A DNA stretch of 32,000 nt, taken from Candidatus Peribacter riflensis. GTDB lineage: Bacteria > Patescibacteriota > Gracilibacteria > Peribacterales > Peribacteraceae. Position 1 is the first letter of the stretch. Every line of letters starts with the position of its first letter. Below the pieces are notes generated by a model. It did not search any database, was not told the DNA's origin, and worked only from the letters and a program-made list of their open reading frames with translations. The stretch is taken from contig CP013062.1 in the NCBI GenBank assembly GCA_001430755.1, positions 90,001 to 122,000 of the forward strand, written 5' to 3'. Made by a program: the position numbers and the translations under genes. Positions 15,257 to 23,057 of the stretch are shown in pieces.

Positions 15257-16522
15257 CTAGCGGCGCCTCCGGAATCCCCGAAACGACCGTGTACGGCCCG
15301 AAGAGCGGAAGGGTGGACGGGAGGAGGGGGAGCGCGGCGGGCGGCTGGAGAAATCCGGACGGTGATCGTCGGGGGTCGGAGCCAGACGCTGCAGGAGGGG
15401 CGTGGGTTTGCGTTGCAGCGTGGAGCGGACGAGACGCTCGATGTCGCGGATGGATCCTTTCTGTTCCGCAGTCGCGAACGAGATGGCACGACCTTCACGT
15501 CCCGCGCGCGCGGTGCGCCCGATACGGTGCACGTAGTCGTTCGGATCATCGGGCAGATCGAAATTGATCACCACTTCGATCCCGGTCACGTCGATGCCGC
15601 GGGCTGCGATATCCGTGGCGATGAGAATGCGGTACTTACCGGTCTTGAATCCCTGCAGCGCCTCGCGCCGCTGGCTGAGGGAACGGTTGGCATGGATCTC
15701 GGCTGCGGCATGGCCCATGACGTTCACGGCCCGCGCGATCTTCTTGGCACCGTGCTTGGTGCGCGAGAACACAAGAATCGATCCGTGGTGTTCCTTGAGC
15801 AGCACTTCGAGCAGCGCAAGTTTTTCCATTTTGTGCACGATGAAGAGCTCCTGCTGAATGCCTTTGGCCGTCGTGCCCGAAGGCGCCACCTCGATGCGGA
15901 TGGGCAGCTTCATGTGGGCGTTGGCGAGCTTCATGATTTCCGAGGGCATGGTGGCGGAGAAGAGCATGGTCTGCCGTTCCTTCGGCACGTGCCGGAAGAT
16001 TGTTTCGATCTGCGGGCGGAAACCCATGTCGAGCATGCGGTCCGCTTCATCCAAGACGAGAATGTTCACTTCTTTGAGCGTGATGGTGCCGTGCTGCAGG
16101 TGGTCATTGAGGCGTCCGGGCGTGGCGATGACCACACGGGGGTTTCGGCGGATCATCTCGCGCTGCAGGTGCATGGAGGCTCCTCCGATGAGTACGGCGG
16201 TGCGAATGTTGAGCTGCGGTGCGAACGTGCGCAGAGACTCATCCACCTGGCTGGCGAGCTCGCGCGTCGGCACGATGACGAGGCCGCGGCCGGGTTTCTG
16301 CGCCAGTCGCTGGAGCATGGGGATGCCGAAAGCGAAGGTCTTGCCTGTGCCCGTCTGCGCGATGCCAACGATATCTTTCCCCTCGATGGCCGGCGGAATC
16401 GATTGCTGCTGGATGGGTGTCGGCGTCGTGAAATTACGGCTCGCAAGGATCCCGAGGATCTGCGGGGCGATACCGAGCGTGAGGAAGCTCGGGCTGGGTT
16501 TTTGGGGGACTGCGTCTGGCAT
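15257..16522 (-). CDS. DEAD-box ATP-dependent RNA helicase
   Basis: AQTGTGKT (I), PTRELA (Ia), VLDEADRML (II), SAT (III), HRIGRTARAG (VI), and a basic Arg/Ser/Pro-rich C-terminal tail. Confidence 0.92.
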   Translation of the reverse strand: MPDAVPQKPSPSFLTLGIAPQILGILASRNFTTPTPIQQQSIPPAIEGKDIVGIAQTGTGKTFAFGIPMLQRLAQKPGRGLVIVPTRELASQVDESLRTFAPQLNIRTAVLIGGASMHLQREMIRRNPRVVIATPGRLNDHLQHGTITLKEVNILVLDEADRMLDMGFRPQIETIFRHVPKERQTMLFSATMPSEIMKLANAHMKLPIRIEVAPSGTTAKGIQQELFIVHKMEKLALLEVLLKEHHGSILVFSRTKHGAKKIARAVNVMGHAAAEIHANRSLSQRREALQGFKTGKYRILIATDIAARGIDVTGIEVVINFDLPDDPNDYVHRIGRTARAGREGRAISFATAEQKGSIRDIERLVRSTLQRKPTPLLQRLAPTPDDHRPDFSSRPPRSPSSRPPFRSSGRTRSFRGFRRRR

Positions 16523-16643
16523 TGCTTGTGTAAGGAAGGCCTATGATAGTCCTCTCCACCGCATTCACCTACAAATGAGGGCACAATATTGACGAGTCAA
16601 TAGCTGAGTACTTTCCTGACTCCGGAATCATCATTCCGCTGCT

Positions 16644-16682
16644 CCTCTCCCCCCGGGAAGGGGGAGAGGTGGGCGAGGGGAC
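16644..16682 (-). repeat. CT/GA hairpin element, copy C (solo, intergenic)
   Basis: The minus strand reads GTCCCCTCGCCCA-CCTCTCCCCC-TTCCCG-GGGGGAGAGG. The 10-bp perfect stem pairs 16644-16653 with 16660-16669 around a 6-nt loop. The architecture matches copies A and B. Confidence 0.7.
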
Positions 16683-16916
16683 CCGCATAGTGGGAATTTT
16701 CACACTCAAGCTCAAAACAAGACGAAAGCGAGTGGAAAATACAGGAGCAGCGCGCTGCCGCTTAGAACCGTTTCGGCCCGGAATCAGCTCTTCCTCCCGC
16801 CAAAGAAAGAGGGGGCATTCCATTGAATAGTTCCGCAAATAAACGTAGAATCACGGTCTTACGCCACTTTTCTTCCCCCTCCTCTCATTCCTGCTCCTCT
16901 GCCCACTGCCTGCAAG

Positions 16917-17126
16917 GTGAACGGCTGCCGCAGCCCGTCGCACGGCAGATCCTACTGTCACAAACATGCGAAGATCGGCAGAGAGAACGGAGTGGTCTTC
17001 ACACCCGAGCAGCGTTCGCACATGCGTTCGCTCTGTTGCGGTGCCGCGTGCACGGCCGGCGCACAGCACGAGTACGGCAATCAGTACTGTCAGAAGTGCA
17101 AAACGGCGTGTTGCTGGCACATGTGA
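16917..17126 (+). CDS. Possible small Cys/His-rich protein (69 aa)
   Basis: GTG start. Third codon positions are strongly G/C-biased, as in real genes here. 11 Cys and 7 His (GCRSPSHGRSYCHKHAKIG ... CCGAACTAGAQHEYGNQYCQKCKTACCWH). It converges on the giant Cys-rich gene. No SD and no recognised family. Confidence 0.35.
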   Translation: MNGCRSPSHGRSYCHKHAKIGRENGVVFTPEQRSHMRSLCCGAACTAGAQHEYGNQYCQKCKTACCWHM

Positions 17127-17175
17127 GCGGAGCGGGCACTGGTTGGTTTTGCCATGCCTACAATGGCTCCACCGG

Positions 17176-20100
17176 TTACATCGAGAGAAGCGCCAGCCCG
17201 ATGATGATGAAGAAGCGCGTATCCCCGTAGGTCTCGGGGTCGGCGGAGATCGGCGCTCCGTCGCCGATGAAGATCTGCAGGTCCTGCACCAACTGTCCGA
17301 TGGTGAGGAAGGTATTGCGGTACGTGCAGTCGGTGTCGCAGGCACCCGGTTCGGTGTCGCTGTTGCGGTTGCCGTCATCGCAGCGTTCCTGCGGGCGTCC
17401 GGCGGGATTGGCGTTCACGATGCCGTCGCCGCACGAGGAGGGGGTGTCTTCGGTCTCCGTCACGGTTTCTGGAGCAGGAAGGGGATCGTCAGCTGAGGGA
17501 TGGTCGGCATCATTGGGGGCAGGGGCCGGGAAACAGGGGAGTTCTCCGTGAAAGGTTCCATTGATCGGGAACCCTTCACAGACGGTCTGGGCGATTGCGT
17601 CGAAGCACACGCCAACACTGTCACTGCTCACGCTGCAGAACCCGGTGGTCGGAGGGGGCCCGATAAGAGGAATTTCTGTCTCATCTGTTCCGTCCGCCTC
17701 GTTCGTTTCTGCGATCTCCGCCGCATGCCGTTGCTCGCAGATCGTATCCTTGCTCGGCGAACACACCTTGCTGGCACTGTACCGCTTGCGCCCATCGTCG
17801 GACACGAAGGATATATACGAAAATACCGATTGATCTTTGCAGTTCTGTTCCTGCGTCACCGCGCATTTGGTTCCGTCAATCGGGCAGCAGGCCACTTTCT
17901 CATTCGCAGTCTTTCTGCAGTGGGCTTCGAAGGCCGGGCTGCACGAGGCGTAGTCGGTGAACACGGTGGAACACGCGGTCCGCACGTCTTCTTTTCTCAC
18001 CGTCTGGCAGTAGGGGAACGAATCGGAGACCCGGCGCTTCACGCAGCAGGCGACTTCCTGCACCGCTGCGCAACTGACGCCGTCACAGGAGTTGACCTCG
18101 TTGATCGGTTTCTCATCGTCGCAGTCTTCGCGTTTCTGGTTCTGCTTGCAGAAACCGCCTTCCTTCGGGCAGCAGGCGACAGGAGTCTCTTCGACCACCT
18201 CCTCACAGCTCTGCGGGGGGTTCGTACAGGTGGAAAATCGTTTCTCTCCCACACAGGATCCGGCCGGCAGCAGCTGGCAGGTCCACAGGCCGCTCGCGGG
18301 TTTTGCGCCGCAGCAGGCGACCATGGTGTCGGGGCACTGCTGCTTCCAGTTCTCCGGGCAGAATGCAGCCTCGCCGAGGCTCTTCACGTTCGGTCCGTTG
18401 ACACACTGGCTCTCGGCAACCGCCGCGCAGCCCCACGGAGAAAATTCCGATTCGCGCGCGCAGCAGGCCACCTGCTTTTCGGGCGGCTGACACTTGCGCT
18501 GGACTTCGGCGGCATCTGTGGGGCACGCGTCGCCTTCGATCTGCCTACTCTGTTCGTCGCAGGGGGACTGAGCGGTACACGTATAGGCGTTATCCGTTTT
18601 TTTGCAGCATGGAACGAGCTTTATGGGACCGCAGGCGGATGGAGCGTTGAGATTCGCGGGACAGGTGGTCGACGCGATCGGCCGCATGAGGGAGCCGGTG
18701 CAGGACGCTCTGGAGACAGAAGGGCTGCACGACCAGTCGGGATCTGTTTCTGAATCACGCTTGCAGCAGGCGACAGTGTTCGCAGGTGTGCAGGTCTGCG
18801 CGGTGCAGGTATCTGGAGGATCGAAAACGTCACTGTAGAACACGTTCACGCCGTTCTGGCTGTCACACTTCTGGCCCTGCGCGAGGCTGAGGTGCCAGCA
18901 GGTTCCCTTGATAGAACAGCACCCCACCTGACGTTCGAAAGGTTTGTAACAATTGGCGCCAGCGGGGCAGGTCTTACCAAAATCCGAATTCTTCTGGCAC
19001 TTTGCTTCCTTCTCGGGCTTGGGGAAGTTCGTGCAGGTCCATGTGGGGTTGCGTGCAGTGTCCTCTCCATTACTTTCGATGGGGCAGCAGGCGACGGTCT
19101 CTTCCGACTGTTTGCACGTTTCCTGCCAGTTGTCGGGACAGGTATCGGCAGATGCCTTGCCGAGCGATACCTGGTTCGTCGGATTGTTGCACTCGTTTAC
19201 ATTCTTCACCGCGCAGGTCCACGGTGCACTCTCTGCTGTCCGCTCGCAGCACGAAACTTTCTCTTCGCTGCCGCCGCACCGCTCCTGCAGTGCTTTTCCT
19301 GTCGGACACTTGTCTCCGGAGAGCTGTTTTCGTCCCTGCTGTTTACATTCCTCCGCAGTGGTGGGAGCCGGGAACGTACTATCGACACAACCATAGCGAT
19401 TATTTGCTAGCGTGATGCAGCAGGGAACGTATTTTCCGCACAGAGAGGGTGAGCAGGACCGTGCGTCAGACTTGAATGTGCCGCCCCACGTGTTGCAGTC
19501 CGTCTTCGACACCGTGCTGCAGCCTCCGTTGATCTTTTCGCTGCAGCACGGCCTGAGGCAGAAATCCGCTGGTGGCGAAGCATCCGTACCCTCTACGAAG
19601 TTTCCGGCGTTCGCGCTGGTATTGCACTCGTTCCGGCGCATCTTTTTGGGGCCGTCGGCGGTGCAGCACCAACCCTGCGGGCTGCAGAAGTCATCGTTGC
19701 AGGTGCGCATTCCCAGCTGCGCAGACGGCACGAAGGATCCCGCGAACGAGGAGCAGACCTCCGCAGGCGACTGGCCCGCCGTACCGTAGCCGCTGTTGTA
19801 GCTGATCCAGAGCGAAGGATTCCCTGCGAATGTGCCGTTCTTCACGTTGCAGCAGCAGCCCCCTTCCTGCGTCTTGGCGTTGCACTTGTCTGCGCAGTTT
19901 CCGGGGATGACGGTTCCGGGATGGTAGATGGTGCCGCCCACGTTCTGCATGCCGCACGAGGGGAGGGGCGAGCCGTCGGCATTGCCCCCGTGCGTGCACT
20001 GCCAGGAGGTGGTGTACGGAGGGGCGCCCCCTGCCGTGGGTGTCGAGACCATGCGGCAGCAGGTTTTGGTCTCGGGCGCTGGGCAGCAGCACACGCCTTT

Positions 20101-21870
20101 GGTGACGGGCTTGGGATCGAGCGCGACAGTGATGTCCGTTCCCTCGATCTGCCACGAGCACTCCGACGCATTCTGCTTCCAGATGCACCCCAGGTAGGTC
20201 TCGCCCGATGAGCCGCCGGGAACGGGAATCGTGGCGCAGTCGCTCTGCGCGCCGCACTGGCTGGAATTCTGCACGGCGAAGGCGCCGCTCTTGCTGCTGC
20301 ACTGGGCGGCGGTCAGGTTCTCGATCGTCTTCTGCACTGCATTGGTGCAGCAGAGGATGGTGGAACAGGGAGTGGCGTCCGTGACGGGGAAGCCTCCTCT
20401 GCTGCTGCACGCTGCTGCCAGGAGCTGTTCGGTCCGCCTCTGGAGAGGATTCATGCAGCAGGAAATCTTCTCTGGAGGGGAGGTGTTGCAGCCCGCAGTG
20501 CACTGCGTAGCCGGTTGCATGGAGCCCGGAGCGCACTTTCTCACAACACCGTCGACCCAAATATCTTTTTCCCGTTTGCATTCCGCGGCAGATTCCCCCA
20601 CGCACCGGGCATGCCTGCTGTCGGGATTCGTGAAGGCGGGCATCAGGTATGTCTGGCAGTCCGTGCGGCAGCACTTCTGAGCCTCGGGGGTCGGGCAGTA
20701 TACGGGAGACTGGCTGAAAAACTGCGCGAAGAGCCGGCCCCACTTTGATTGGGCGTAGCCGTTTTCTTTGCACACCCCGTTGCGGCCATAGGGTTCGACC
20801 CCATGCGCGCGGCACTCGTCGGGACAGACGTTATCATTGCAAAAGTGCAGCGAACCGATGTTGTAGCAGCAGGAACGTTTTTCAGAATCCGCGCACCGGC
20901 TCGAGACACTGGAGGAGGATGAAGAAGAGGGTAGTTGTGTCTGGGAAGAGGATGACTCTGCAGGAGAGGAGGATGCGTCGGGCTGGCAGGGGAAGCCGGC
21001 ACAGATTCCATTGCGGACACTGGCTGCGGAGCCGGCCGCCGGACTGCCGTGGATCGCGCACGCATCCGCCGGCATATTATCAAAGCAGCTCGTTCCGAGG
21101 CAGCAGGAAAGCAGCTCTTGAGAGGAGGAAGAGGAAGATACCGAAGAAGAGGAAGACGGCTGGATCGAATCCGGCGAGCTGCTGCCGGGAGTGACGGGGA
21201 GCACACAGGTGTTGCTTTGCGTGTCGCAGGAGACACCGGGGCAACAGACGAGGCTGGGATTGGTGTAAGAGCCGGACGTGTTACAGCAGGGAATCACCTG
21301 CGCGCAGGGATACGTGCCGGCTGGAAAGCACGCTCCCGCCCCGGGGCATGCCGACACGCCGTAGAGGGCCATACACTGTTGTTGCGGAGAACCGCTGCTC
21401 ACGCCCCCGGTTGACGACGAGGAATCCAGGCCGCCGGTCCCTCCGGAAGAGGCAGACCCATTCGATCCGCAGTTCTGTGCGGGGGGAGTGGCGCAACTCC
21501 CGTCGGGCATGCAGACGGTGCCGGCGCCGCACGTGAAGCCGCCCGGGCAGGTCACGCCGGCAACCATGTTCACCCAGCAGGAATCCTGGACGCTGGTGAT
21601 CCAGACGCAGGTGCCCTGCTGTTGCCCTTCTTCTTTCTGGCATCCGCCGTACATGTGGCCGCTGTACCAGTCGTACCACTGCGACCACCACGTGCATTCC
21701 GATACGAAGGCGCAATCGCAGTTCGTCTCGCAGACATCCCCCAGTTGCCCGGTCCCGTACAAGACCGTTGCCGTCAGTGCCGCGGAGGAATCTCGGCGGT
21801 CGATCAGTGAAACGGAGGCGGCCAGAGCGACAAGGAGCGCGCAGCCGATGATGAGCCGGGACCTTTGCAT
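17176..21870 (-). CDS. Giant secreted cysteine-rich repeat protein (1564 aa) with C-terminal tail anchor
   Basis: Signal peptide MQRSRLIIGCALLVALAASVS. Ser-rich linkers. Many degenerate modules start with a CC doublet (VACC/VSCC/VPCC ... C ... C ... C ... C). The C-terminal SCGDGIVNANPAGRPQERCDDGNRNSDTEPGACDTDC resembles the CGNG..EECDDGN..DGC cysteine-rich repeat. The extreme C-terminus is hydrophobic (RFFIIIGLALLSM). Confidence 0.9.
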   Translation of the reverse strand: MQRSRLIIGCALLVALAASVSLIDRRDSSAALTATVLYGTGQLGDVCETNCDCAFVSECTWWSQWYDWYSGHMYGGCQKEEGQQQGTCVWITSVQDSCWVNMVAGVTCPGGFTCGAGTVCMPDGSCATPPAQNCGSNGSASSGGTGGLDSSSSTGGVSSGSPQQQCMALYGVSACPGAGACFPAGTYPCAQVIPCCNTSGSYTNPSLVCCPGVSCDTQSNTCVLPVTPGSSSPDSIQPSSSSSVSSSSSSQELLSCCLGTSCFDNMPADACAIHGSPAAGSAASVRNGICAGFPCQPDASSSPAESSSSQTQLPSSSSSSSVSSRCADSEKRSCCYNIGSLHFCNDNVCPDECRAHGVEPYGRNGVCKENGYAQSKWGRLFAQFFSQSPVYCPTPEAQKCCRTDCQTYLMPAFTNPDSRHARCVGESAAECKREKDIWVDGVVRKCAPGSMQPATQCTAGCNTSPPEKISCCMNPLQRRTEQLLAAACSSRGGFPVTDATPCSTILCCTNAVQKTIENLTAAQCSSKSGAFAVQNSSQCGAQSDCATIPVPGGSSGETYLGCIWKQNASECSWQIEGTDITVALDPKPVTKGVCCCPAPETKTCCRMVSTPTAGGAPPYTTSWQCTHGGNADGSPLPSCGMQNVGGTIYHPGTVIPGNCADKCNAKTQEGGCCCNVKNGTFAGNPSLWISYNSGYGTAGQSPAEVCSSFAGSFVPSAQLGMRTCNDDFCSPQGWCCTADGPKKMRRNECNTSANAGNFVEGTDASPPADFCLRPCCSEKINGGCSTVSKTDCNTWGGTFKSDARSCSPSLCGKYVPCCITLANNRYGCVDSTFPAPTTAEECKQQGRKQLSGDKCPTGKALQERCGGSEEKVSCCERTAESAPWTCAVKNVNECNNPTNQVSLGKASADTCPDNWQETCKQSEETVACCPIESNGEDTARNPTWTCTNFPKPEKEAKCQKNSDFGKTCPAGANCYKPFERQVGCCSIKGTCWHLSLAQGQKCDSQNGVNVFYSDVFDPPDTCTAQTCTPANTVACCKRDSETDPDWSCSPSVSRASCTGSLMRPIASTTCPANLNAPSACGPIKLVPCCKKTDNAYTCTAQSPCDEQSRQIEGDACPTDAAEVQRKCQPPEKQVACCARESEFSPWGCAAVAESQCVNGPNVKSLGEAAFCPENWKQQCPDTMVACCGAKPASGLWTCQLLPAGSCVGEKRFSTCTNPPQSCEEVVEETPVACCPKEGGFCKQNQKREDCDDEKPINEVNSCDGVSCAAVQEVACCVKRRVSDSFPYCQTVRKEDVRTACSTVFTDYASCSPAFEAHCRKTANEKVACCPIDGTKCAVTQEQNCKDQSVFSYISFVSDDGRKRYSASKVCSPSKDTICEQRHAAEIAETNEADGTDETEIPLIGPPPTTGFCSVSSDSVGVCFDAIAQTVCEGFPINGTFHGELPCFPAPAPNDADHPSADDPLPAPETVTETEDTPSSCGDGIVNANPAGRPQERCDDGNRNSDTEPGACDTDCTYRNTFLTIGQLVQDLQIFIGDGAPISADPETYGDTRFFIIIGLALLSM

Positions 21871-21987
21871 GAACCGATGTGCGTGACTTTTTGCAGCATA
21901 ACGAGATCTGCGGCTTCTGTCGCTTGGACAGACATGGCCGATTGTTGCTAAAACACTATCGTCGTACCGCCGTCCCCGATGGGACCC

Positions 21988-22371
21988 TCACCGCCGCACG
22001 AATGTGTCTTCGTTCTGCGTGTCGATGCAGCCCGGCACGATGTCACTGGGAAAATCGTACGCATTCGCGATCTCGCAATTCATCATGCCGTTGCCGTCGA
22101 AGGCCAGTTCCCACCCACGGGCCGTCCTGGCTGCGAACCACATGCCGCCGCCCATTTCGCCCTCGAAGCGCACGGTACCGCGCGCGAATGCATTGGTCTC
22201 TTTCTGCACTTCGATGGCAAAGGTGCCAACAGGCCGGCTGTATTTTTCACTGAAGGCCTGGGCGACTGCCTCGCGCACGGGGCCGGCCGTTTCATCATTA
22301 TTCCGCCAGAGAAACGCTGCCGCGAGGAGGAGCAGGATGCCGAGGGCGCCGGGCAAAAGGTATTTTTTCAT
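21988..22371 (-). CDS. Small secreted/anchored hypothetical protein (127 aa)
   Basis: N-terminal signal/anchor MKKYLLPGALGILLLLAAAFLW. Host-like GC. No recognisable family. Confidence 0.7.
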   Translation of the reverse strand: MKKYLLPGALGILLLLAAAFLWRNNDETAGPVREAVAQAFSEKYSRPVGTFAIEVQKETNAFARGTVRFEGEMGGGMWFAARTARGWELAFDGNGMMNCEIANAYDFPSDIVPGCIDTQNEDTFVRR

Positions 22372-22454
22372 CGGCGTAATGCTACTGGTATTTCAAAGCT
22401 GTGCAAGCGTGCATACTGAGTGCGGGCTCGCTTTTTTGTATGCTTCTTCGCTTC

Positions 22455-22820
22455 TTAAAAACTCATCCAAAAAAACCAGGCACCAATGAGAACAATAACG
22501 CCGCCCCACAGTACCTGCCTGCTCTTGAACATCTGGGCTTTTCGATGAACACGATCAGGAAAACAAATTTTTTCAATTCCTTTCAATAACGTAGTCCATC
22601 CTAAAATCGTGATGGCAATCCGCCAGTCGGCGGTCCAGATATTGTGTGAAACGACGGTAGCCAAGCCCAACAAAAAGGTAATGTAACCGGTAGAAACCGT
22701 AATGGTTTTATTGTCGGTATACTCGATCACTCTCCCTAAAAACTTGGCGCCAACAGACAGTGCACCGAGAATCATAAAAAGACTTCCCCAAAATCGTGCT
22801 AGAAAAATTGTGATTTCCAT
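22455..22820 (-). CDS. Four-helix membrane protein (121 aa), hypothetical, low-GC
   Basis: Four hydrophobic segments. Visibly AT-rich codon usage compared with the core genes. It lies just outside the distal direct repeat of the tRNA-Asn island. Confidence 0.7.
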   Translation of the reverse strand: MEITIFLARFWGSLFMILGALSVGAKFLGRVIEYTDNKTITVSTGYITFLLGLATVVSHNIWTADWRIAITILGWTTLLKGIEKICFPDRVHRKAQMFKSRQVLWGGVIVLIGAWFFWMSF

Positions 22821-22877
22821 AGAGTGATTGAATCACAGTATGCATTATCTCTCAAACGGGACTTTTCATAGAAATAT

Positions 22878-22893
22878 TGGCTCCCCCGGCTGG
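22878..22893 (-). repeat. Direct repeat DR1 = exact copy of the last 16 nt of tRNA-Asn (CCAGCCGGGGGAGCCA); putative distal att site
   Basis: Plus-strand tggctcccccggctgg is identical to 26324-26339. Confidence 0.85.
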
Positions 22894-23057
22894 CCGTCTC
22901 CGCCTCCGGCTTCGCCGAGCCATTCCCATCCGTCGCCATCCTGTTTTTACGCACATCGAACTACCGAGCAAATCTCGGCGTAGTTCGATGAGTGAAACGA
23001 ATCGAACGAAGACGGATGGCTCCGCTGACTGGGTGTTTTCAGAACTCTTCCGAATAT

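Noticed and set aside
15089-16546. 485-aa plus-strand ORF opposite the DEAD-box helicase
   Set aside because: It is antisense to a helicase that carries all canonical motifs.
16587-16602. 16-bp palindrome TATTGAC-GA-GTCAATA upstream of the DEAD-box helicase, as an operator or divergent -35 pair
   Set aside because: It is a single occurrence with no convincing -10 at proper spacing on either strand. The evidence is insufficient.
16622-16787. 9-nt direct repeats CCGGAATCA (16622-16630 and 16778-16786) flanking hairpin copy C, as a possible target-site duplication
   Set aside because: No terminal inverted repeats lie inside them. Nearby 9-mer matches are expected by chance dozens of times in a window this size.
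16569-16838. 89-aa minus-strand ORF in the helicase-upstream gap
   Set aside because: Its only distinctive stretch (PSPTSPPSRGERSS) is the translation of hairpin-element copy C. There is no start context or coding bias.
17500-18753. 417-aa plus-strand ORF, with many other 60-370-aa ORFs, inside the giant Cys-rich gene
   Set aside because: It is antisense or out of frame relative to a 1564-aa ORF with coherent signal peptide, repeats and anchor. Its Arg/Gly/Ala-rich composition is typical of high-GC shadow frames.
23017-23033. tggctccgctgactggg as a fourth, degenerate copy of the tRNA 3'-end repeat
   Set aside because: Only the first 7 nt and the last few match. This is too weak to distinguish from chance.
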